Source: Candidatus Iainarchaeum sp. (GTDB lineage: Archaea > Iainarchaeota > Iainarchaeia > Iainarchaeales > 0-14-0-20-30-16). From it: a stretch of 11,456 bases of DNA. The stretch is from positions 1 through 11,456 of the forward strand of contig CAIWXP010000074.1 of assembly GCA_903916665.1 (NCBI GenBank). The letters are read 5' to 3'. Shown piece after piece: positions 6,051 through 11,456 of this stretch. A program made the position numbers and the translations under genes. Each line of letters starts with the position of its first letter. Within the stretch, counting starts at the first letter, position 1. The notes under the pieces were generated by a model that was given only the letters and a program-made list of their open reading frames with translations, had not been told where the DNA came from and did not search any database.

Positions 6051-6578
6051 TTAAAATTTCTCTCTTGATATTTTATAGTAACTTACATCTAATTCATTAT
6101 CAACAATAGCTAAAATTAAAGTAGTATGTAATCCTATTGACATTCTTGTGCTTTTTGCAATTTTTTGATTTGTTAATTTTTCGCTTTCTGGCAAAACTTC
6201 AATAACAAATTGTGTGTGTGCTTCATCTACTTTTTTACCCTTTGGATATACTCTAAAATCAAAACCAAATTTTAATCCAGTTTTCAAAATATATCCCTTA
6301 GATCTTAAATCTTTATATACTGCGAATTTATGAATTAAATATTTTTTAGAACTTTTACCTAAAATAGTTTTTGTAATTTGTTCTGCTGTGATTTTCTTTT
6401 TGTTATTGTAAATAGTTAATGATTCTTTTTCACATAAATATAATGCTTCATATAGATCTAAAACTAGTATTTTGTTTTGTAGTTTACCAAAGGATCTTTG
6501 GCATAGTAAAGCTTTAGAATCTTCATCTGTAATTATTACCTTGTCACCATCTAAATTTCCTATAAATTTTTTGGACAT
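6051..6578 (-). CDS. endA: tRNA-splicing endonuclease EndA (short, homotetramer-size class)
   Basis: It is colinear with M. jannaschii EndA (recalled from memory). Shared segments include 'KKFIGNLDGDKVII', 'YEALYL', 'VYKDLRSKGYILKTGLKFGFDFRVY' and '...H...LILAIVD...VSYYKI'. The ORF track starts at GTG 6590. I prefer ATG 6578 because GTGAT (6586..6582) plus GAT precedes it, the SD geometry used elsewhere in the window. Confidence 0.9.
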   Translation of the reverse strand: MSKKFIGNLDGDKVIITDEDSKALLCQRSFGKLQNKILVLDLYEALYLCEKESLTIYNNKKKITAEQITKTILGKSSKKYLIHKFAVYKDLRSKGYILKTGLKFGFDFRVYPKGKKVDEAHTQFVIEVLPESEKLTNQKIAKSTRMSIGLHTTLILAIVDNELDVSYYKISREKF

Positions 6579-6630
6579 ATCATCACTCACAAAATCATAA
6601 ATTCTAATACGATAAATTTGTAAACTATAG

Positions 6631-6640
6631 ATATATAAAT
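6631..6640 (+). promoter_or_regulatory. TATA-like element ATATATAAAT upstream of the CBS gene (a second copy, ATATATATAAT, lies at 6650-6660)
   Basis: It lies in the 85-bp divergent spacer between endA and the CBS gene. A start site ~25 nt downstream would leave a short leader carrying GGGGTGGT (6665-6672), 3 nt before ATG 6676. AGATATATA occurs twice, 20 nt apart. Confidence 0.3.
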
Positions 6641-6675
6641 GTTAAAAAGATATATATAATGATAGGGGTGGTAAT

Positions 6676-7728
6676 ATGATTGCTTGTCGAAGAATAACTG
6701 AATATCAAGTAGTAGATGCAAATGAAACACTTTCTAAGGTAATTCCTAAGCTAAAGAAGGATAAGCAAGTAGTTGTTTTTGACGGTGCCAAATATAGTGG
6801 TATTGTTACTAGAAAAAACATATTAAAGGAAGGGATAAATTTACCTGAAGAAAAGATTTCAAATATTGTTTTGAGACCACCAGCTGTTTATGATGAAACT
6901 TCTGAGTTAGATGTTGCAAAATATTTTATTGAAACGGGTGCACATTTTTTGCCAGTTTTAAACGATGAAGATAAAAATAAAATTGAATGTGCAATTTATA
7001 GAATTGATTTTATAAAAGATATTGTATTGCCAAGTATGAAAGGTACAAAGGTATCTGAGGTAACAACAGTAAATGTTAAAACGATTTATCCAACTGATAA
7101 TTTGACAAAAGCTTTGGATATTTTTCATGAATTTGGCATATCAAAATTAGTTGTTTATGATCAAGGAAAAATATATGGTGTTTTAACAATGTCAAATATT
7201 TTGGGGCAGTTTATGCATGATACTCAAATATCAAGTTCAAAATTACAGACAATTTTAGTTAAAGATATTATGAAAAACGAAGCCTATACCATTGAAAAAT
7301 CAGAAGACCTATACAAAGCAATTAATTTATTTTCTGAAAAGAATATATCTTCAGTTGTTGTTTTGGATAATGGGTTTCTGTATGGAATAGTTACAAAAAC
7401 AGATATTTTAGAACACTATGTTTATGCTTTGGAAAAAGAATTAAAGCAAAGTACTGTGCAAATATCAGCTAAATTTCCTGGAATAGATAGACAAGAAGTT
7501 GAAAATATATTTTCTCATTTAGATAGATTTGGAAAAGAGTATAAGGTATTTGTTTACTATAAAATGGGTAAAGAAAAGTTTAGAGGGCTGCCTTTAATAA
7601 ATTGTAGAGTTAGGTTAATTGAACCTAGACATACCTTTGGAGTATCCGTTGAAAGTTGGGGTGTTGAACACGCAACTGAGTTAGCAGTTAAGAAATTAAA
7701 AAGACAAATGGGTGATGTTAGCTTCTAG
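6676..7728 (+). CDS. four-CBS-domain (two Bateman modules) protein with a C-terminal HPF/RaiA-like (ribosomal S30AE-like) domain
   Basis: Four CBS repeats end in GIVTRKNILK, CAIYRIDFIK, YGVLTMSNILGQF and YGIVTKTDILEHY. Residues ~261-350 (7456..7725) read as beta-alpha-beta-beta-beta-alpha. They end in 'HATELAVKKLKRQM', which resembles the HPF/YfiA C-terminal helix '..AAIDGLIDKLARQL'. The CBS call is high confidence and the HPF-like call is moderate. Confidence 0.8.
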   Translation: MIACRRITEYQVVDANETLSKVIPKLKKDKQVVVFDGAKYSGIVTRKNILKEGINLPEEKISNIVLRPPAVYDETSELDVAKYFIETGAHFLPVLNDEDKNKIECAIYRIDFIKDIVLPSMKGTKVSEVTTVNVKTIYPTDNLTKALDIFHEFGISKLVVYDQGKIYGVLTMSNILGQFMHDTQISSSKLQTILVKDIMKNEAYTIEKSEDLYKAINLFSEKNISSVVVLDNGFLYGIVTKTDILEHYVYALEKELKQSTVQISAKFPGIDRQEVENIFSHLDRFGKEYKVFVYYKMGKEKFRGLPLINCRVRLIEPRHTFGVSVESWGVEHATELAVKKLKRQMGDVSF

Positions 7729-7746
7729 GCTTTTTAGAAAAGCCTA
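7726..7746 (+). terminator. perfect 9-bp stem / 3-nt loop hairpin beginning at the CBS-gene stop codon
   Basis: TAGGCTTTT (7726-7734), TAG loop, AAAAGCCTA (7738-7746). It is relatively GC-containing for this sequence. The TAG stop (7726-7728) forms the base of the stem. T-rich tracts follow at 7770-7778. Confidence 0.4.
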
Positions 7747-7749
7747 AGT

Positions 7750-7812
7750 TTGCCAAAATCGCCAACAACTTTTCTTTTCATAAGTAAAGTTTTTGGCAAT
7801 TTCAAAAGAAAA
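7750..7812. repeat. two interleaved inverted repeats in the convergent spacer
   Basis: TTGCCAAAA (7750-7758) pairs with TTTTGGCAA (7791-7799). TTTTCTTTT (7770-7778) pairs with AAAAGAAAA (7804-7812). The order A-B-A'-B' is a pseudoknot-type topology if transcribed. The B arms double as oligo-T tracts on each strand. Confidence 0.3.
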
Positions 7813-7873
7813 AGTCATGGACAATGTTTGTTAACAAAATATAGTGTGTTATTTATTTTTTGAAATTAGTTGT

Positions 7874-8389
7874 TTATCTTAGTCTCATTAGGATATCTCT
7901 TTGGTTATCAAGAATATCTTTCATAAGTTTTGTTAGACCATCAATTTTAGCTTCTATTGAATCGGTTTTGTTTTGCAAATCGCTGTGTCTTTCATTTAAA
8001 TTAGTGTGTAATTCTTTTATTTCTTCAATATGATCTCTTGTAGGTAAACTAGAAATACTATCTTCTAGGGTATCTAAGCGATTTTCAAAAGCATTAACTC
8101 TTTCTAGATGTTGGTCAACTTTATTTCCTGCTGCTTGAGCAACGTTCATTGCTAAGTTGCTAGCTAATTTAGCTTCGTTGGCATGATCTCTCACTGTATT
8201 TACAATTTCAGGCTTTATTTCTTCTTGTTCTTTTATTGGAGAGGATTCTTCTGAAGCACCTTCGCTCATTGCTTCATTTATTGTGGCTTCGTCAAAACCA
8301 ATATCAACAAGCATACTTTTTATTTCATCATTACCTAAGCCAGATTGTCTTAAATTAGCAATAGTTTCCATAACTGCTTTATCAGCCAT
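7874..8389 (-). CDS. hypothetical coiled-coil protein with a small N-terminal helical motif and an acidic linker
   Basis: The N-terminus carries a tandem short motif (GLGNDEIKSML / GFDEATINEAM) and an acidic linker (SEGASEESSPIKEQEEIKPE). The C-terminal ~100 aa has a heptad-like pattern (LERVNAFENRLDTLEDSI...IEAKIDGLTKLMKDILDNQRDILMRL). The SD GTGAT (8397..8393) plus ATT precedes the ATG. Confidence 0.65.
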   Translation of the reverse strand: MADKAVMETIANLRQSGLGNDEIKSMLVDIGFDEATINEAMSEGASEESSPIKEQEEIKPEIVNTVRDHANEAKLASNLAMNVAQAAGNKVDQHLERVNAFENRLDTLEDSISSLPTRDHIEEIKELHTNLNERHSDLQNKTDSIEAKIDGLTKLMKDILDNQRDILMRLR

Positions 8390-8454
8390 AATATCACGAA
8401 TAAATTTCCATAAAGTATATATATTATAATGTTATTATTATAACTGTAGAGTTA

Positions 8455-8462
8455 TTTATATA
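8455..8462 (+). promoter_or_regulatory. consensus archaeal TATA box TTTATATA
   Basis: It lies exactly at -31..-24 relative to ATG 8486. There is no SD-like sequence upstream of either ATG 8477 or 8486. Confidence 0.4.
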
Positions 8463-8485
8463 CTTTTCTTTAGCAAATGATTTTT

Positions 8486-9931
8486 ATGATAGTTGATTAT
8501 CCAAATGGTCCATGGAAAAAGTTATTCTCTGGTAACTATGATGAATATTCACTAAGTCTTTTTTTTAATGAAGAAGGATATATAATTACAGAAATATTAA
8601 ATAATGAAAAAACAAAAGCGGTTTTAACGATTTCACAAATAATTGGTGTTTTTGGCGATGCAGAAACATTTGTTGAAACTATCCCAAGAAATGCAATATT
8701 TTTACTAGAACATGGTACAAAATCAAATCAAAAATATATTTTACTTCAAGGAGATCAAGAGGTATTAAACTATGGTCAGAAAGATATCACTGATTTTGTA
8801 AATGACCAATTTAAAAAATTAAAGAAAGACTCAAAAAGCATTGTTAATATTGCAAGTTCCTACGAAATTAATTTAAAAGATTATTTAGAATTGCCAAATG
8901 ATATGAAAACAAATATATTTTCTAATCCCTTATCTTTATTTTCGTTTATTACTCAAAATAGAGGTCCAAAGTCATATACTTCTAATAAAATAGAACAGGA
9001 TAAGAAAGAATTCTTTTTAGGTTTTTATAAAACAACAAATGAAAAAGTAACAGAACCTTTAGAATTGTTTAATAAAACATTTGTTTTTGGCTCTGGTGAT
9101 AATTGTGTTAAAGTTTTATTAGAAAATTTTTCGCAAAATAAAACAAATATTGTTGTTTTTACCTATTCTGATAATATTTCAAATATGAAATACCCAAATG
9201 AAAGTTCAAAAGTTCAAGAAGAGAATAAAAGTGCATCAATGGGATTTCCCACAATAGATTATAAATTAGGAGAAAAAATTTGTGTTAATTTGCAAGATCT
9301 TCCTGAAGGATCATTCCAAGAATTAATTCAATTAAAAGATGTAGAAATTTCTGCAATAATTACAGATGTTTTAATTAATAAAAAAAGTACGACTTTAGAT
9401 AATTTAATAAAAGATATATCAGAATATCTTAGTGATAAATTTACTAATTATAATTTAAATTTAGCAACTCGTTTGATAAACATAGTAAAGCAAGAAACGC
9501 CAGGAATATTTTTGGGAGACTTTTCAGTTAGTGAGTTTTTTAAGAATTATGGAAATTTAGGAAATATAAATATTGTTTATATTGATAAAAATAATTTATT
9601 AGCATCTAGAACAATAATTTATAATACCTTAAAGAAAATAGTAGAATTTTCTGGAAAAGAACAAAAATTATTGGTAGTATTACCAAATTTACAGGATGTT
9701 TTGCCAAGAAAAAATGATGATATACTTTCAAAAGAGTTTTTGAAATTATTACAACAGGATAATTATAATTTTTATATTTTTACATCACAAAATGAAATAG
9801 ATTTGAAACCAGAATTGTTAAATCAATTTACTGCTAAATTATCTATTTTAGAAATAGAAGAAATAGGAATAACATTAAAAGATGCAAAACCATTTAGATT
9901 TATTTTAAGACCAACTTATTCGAAGGCGTAA
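8486..9931 (+). CDS. HerA/FtsK-superfamily (DUF87-like) ATPase homologue with degenerate catalytic motifs (predicted inactive)
   Basis: ORF 8477..9931. ATG 8486 is preferred on TATA geometry. The architecture follows HerA-like proteins. 'FFLGFYK...VTEPLELFNKTFVFGSGDNCVKVLLE' occupies the position of RH..I.G.TGSGKS. 'INIVYIDKNN...LLVVLPNLQDVLP' occupies the position of I.DLS...hhhh(D/E)EAH.h.P. 'YIFTSQNEIDLKPELLNQFTAKLSIL' occupies the position of L.lisQRPsel...vlsQcnt.i.lRL. The reference patterns are recalled from memory. Confidence 0.5.
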   Translation: MIVDYPNGPWKKLFSGNYDEYSLSLFFNEEGYIITEILNNEKTKAVLTISQIIGVFGDAETFVETIPRNAIFLLEHGTKSNQKYILLQGDQEVLNYGQKDITDFVNDQFKKLKKDSKSIVNIASSYEINLKDYLELPNDMKTNIFSNPLSLFSFITQNRGPKSYTSNKIEQDKKEFFLGFYKTTNEKVTEPLELFNKTFVFGSGDNCVKVLLENFSQNKTNIVVFTYSDNISNMKYPNESSKVQEENKSASMGFPTIDYKLGEKICVNLQDLPEGSFQELIQLKDVEISAIITDVLINKKSTTLDNLIKDISEYLSDKFTNYNLNLATRLINIVKQETPGIFLGDFSVSEFFKNYGNLGNINIVYIDKNNLLASRTIIYNTLKKIVEFSGKEQKLLVVLPNLQDVLPRKNDDILSKEFLKLLQQDNYNFYIFTSQNEIDLKPELLNQFTAKLSILEIEEIGITLKDAKPFRFILRPTYSKA

Positions 9932-9933
9932 CT

Positions 9934-11244
9934 ATGAATGCTTTGTTTAATCCAAAGAGTATTGCTGTTATAGGAGCGTCAAATAAACCGGGTAAAATAG
10001 GTTTTGCAATAATGAAGAATATTTTATCCTATCACATTCATAGAAAATTATTTCCTATAAACATTGATGCAACTACAATTTTAGGAATTCAAGCATATAA
10101 AAGTGTTGTAGATATTCCCATTGAAGAATTAGATTTAGCAGTAATTTGTGTTCCTAAAGTTTTTGTTACACAAGTATTGAAAGATTGTGGAAAAAAGAAA
10201 ACTAAGTTTGTAATAATAATTAGCGCAGGATTTAAAGAAGCAGGGGATTTGAAAAGTGAGCAAGAATTATTAGCAATTGCAAAGAAATATAAAATAAGAA
10301 TTGTAGGACCAAATGTATTAGGTGTATATGATGGTTTTAACAAATTAGATACTTTATTTTTACCAATAGATTATCAGCCTAGGCCTAAATTTGGCAAAGT
10401 TTCTTTGATTAGTCAATCAGGAACTGTGGGTGCAATTTTATTGGAACAATTTGAAAAGAAGAATTTAGGTTTAAATAAATTTATTAGCTATGGAAATTCA
10501 TGTGATATTAATGAATGTGATTTACTAGAAGCATTAAATAATGATAAAAATACAGATATAATTTCAGCTTATATTGAAGAAGTAATTGATGGAAAAAGAT
10601 TTATTGAGATATTAAAAAAACAAAAGAAACCTTTAATTATTTTAAAATCTGGTAAAAGCAAACGTGGTTCTCAAAGTGTTCAAAGTCATACAGGTAATTT
10701 AGCTGGTGATTATTCGGTATATAATGGTATATTTAAACAATTTAATGTAATAAGTGCAAACTCAGTAACAGAATTAGTAGGATTTACTCAAGCTAAATTA
10801 TTAAAGAAAATAAAAAATACTTTAATTATCACCAATGGTGGTGGTTATGGTATATTATTATCAGATCATTTTGAAGAAAATGAAATTCCTATTTTAGAAT
10901 TAACAGAAAAAACTAAAAATGATTTAAAAAAAGTATTGCCATTGGGTGTAGGATTAAAAAATCCCATTGATATCATGGGTGATGCTGATTGTGATAGATA
11001 TTTAACAGTAATTAATAAAACAAAACAATATGTGGATACCTATGTTATTGTGTTATTGGGACAAACATCAACCATTGATGAAGTGGGCGTTGCAAAATTA
11101 AAACAAGAATTAGAAAAACTAAATAAAAATATTGTTTTCATTTCCACAATGGACAAATATACTAAGATGTTGCAAGACAAATTCCTGGTTTACGAGTTTC
11201 CAGAACAGTTAGCAAAATCTATTTCTGTTAATTTAGAAAAATAA
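9934..11244 (+). CDS. acdA: acetate--CoA ligase (ADP-forming) / acyl-CoA synthetase, alpha subunit (CoA-binding + CoA-ligase domains)
   Basis: The N-terminal CoA-binding Rossmann motif reads 'LFNPKSIAVIGASNKPGKIGFAIMKNIL'. Other family motifs are 'RIVGPNVLGVY', 'LISQSGTVGAILLE' and the phosphohistidine motif 'VQSHTGNLAG'. It starts 2 nt after the upstream stop. No ATP-grasp beta subunit is adjacent. Confidence 0.88.
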   Translation: MNALFNPKSIAVIGASNKPGKIGFAIMKNILSYHIHRKLFPINIDATTILGIQAYKSVVDIPIEELDLAVICVPKVFVTQVLKDCGKKKTKFVIIISAGFKEAGDLKSEQELLAIAKKYKIRIVGPNVLGVYDGFNKLDTLFLPIDYQPRPKFGKVSLISQSGTVGAILLEQFEKKNLGLNKFISYGNSCDINECDLLEALNNDKNTDIISAYIEEVIDGKRFIEILKKQKKPLIILKSGKSKRGSQSVQSHTGNLAGDYSVYNGIFKQFNVISANSVTELVGFTQAKLLKKIKNTLIITNGGGYGILLSDHFEENEIPILELTEKTKNDLKKVLPLGVGLKNPIDIMGDADCDRYLTVINKTKQYVDTYVIVLLGQTSTIDEVGVAKLKQELEKLNKNIVFISTMDKYTKMLQDKFLVYEFPEQLAKSISVNLEK

Positions 11245-11246
11245 AA

Positions 11247-11435
11247 TTATAATCCATAATCTTCTAATGTATGTGTATCAAAATATTTTCTCATGGATTT
11301 ATCTAAATATAAATTATTTCTTAAAGAATCAAATACTGTTTTAGCGATTTCATATAATAAAGGAATTAAATATTCAAAAAATATTCTTAATCTTCTAGTA
11401 TATTCTAATTGTTCAGATATAGTTAACTTTTTCAT
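11247..11435 (-). CDS. small hypothetical protein (62 aa)
   Basis: It is an ATG-initiated ORF convergent on acdA with a 2-nt gap. I recognise no motif, and its upstream region is truncated by the window edge. Confidence 0.4.
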   Translation of the reverse strand: MKKLTISEQLEYTRRLRIFFEYLIPLLYEIAKTVFDSLRNNLYLDKSMRKYFDTHTLEDYGL

Positions 11436-11456
11436 TTTTTGATCAATTGTATTTAA

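Noticed and set aside
7729-7873. Possible tRNA, C/D or H/ACA RNA in the long spacer
   Set aside because: No RTGATGA/CTGA box pair or tRNA-like cloverleaf could be found by eye on either strand. The region is kept only as an unexplained structured spacer (see findings).
8421-8445. TTATAAT...ATTATAA inverted repeat in the divergent promoter region
   Set aside because: It is a 7-bp all-A/T palindrome in ~30% GC DNA, which is expected by chance. I assign it no function.
10089-10343. 84-aa - strand ORF
   Set aside because: It is antisense inside acdA, whose frame has unmistakable CoA-ligase motifs.
1-11456. CRISPR arrays, IS elements, integrases, prophage or toxin-antitoxin/defence cassettes
   Set aside because: I found no regularly spaced direct repeats, no terminal inverted repeats flanking a transposase-like ORF, and no recognisable nuclease/ATPase defence pairings. 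The only ATPase-like gene lacks catalytic motifs and has housekeeping neighbours.

Overview
This is an AT-rich (roughly 30% G+C by eye), gene-dense window that looks archaeal. It encodes an archaeal-type nascent-polypeptide-associated complex protein (NAC + UBA), a 179-aa-class tRNA-splicing endonuclease (EndA) and the alpha subunit of ADP-forming acetyl-CoA synthetase. TATA-like boxes sit at about -31..-24 of apparently leaderless ATGs, and other genes carry (G)GTGAT Shine-Dalgarno sites. The small genes, short spacers and composition suggest a reduced-genome (DPANN-like) archaeon, but that is inference only. I support 14 CDS from the ORF track plus one untracked 41-codon ORF. The other CDS include an FtsX/MacB permease, a SIMPL protein, a Thr/Asn-rich surface protein, a RimJ/RimL-type GNAT and a HIT hydrolase. 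I saw no rRNA, tRNA, CRISPR array, transposase or integrase. Four single-gene observations stand out. (1) A 143-aa protein carries the signature motifs of the plant organellar Whirly ssDNA-binding family. (2) A four-CBS protein has a C-terminal ~90 aa that read like a bacterial HPF/RaiA ribosome-hibernation domain. (3) A HerA/FtsK-like protein has degenerate Walker A, Walker B and arginine-finger positions. (4) The EndA has Thr at the catalytic-triad Lys position. I could not support a multi-gene defence-type system. All homology calls rest on motif recognition and sequences recalled from memory, not on searches.
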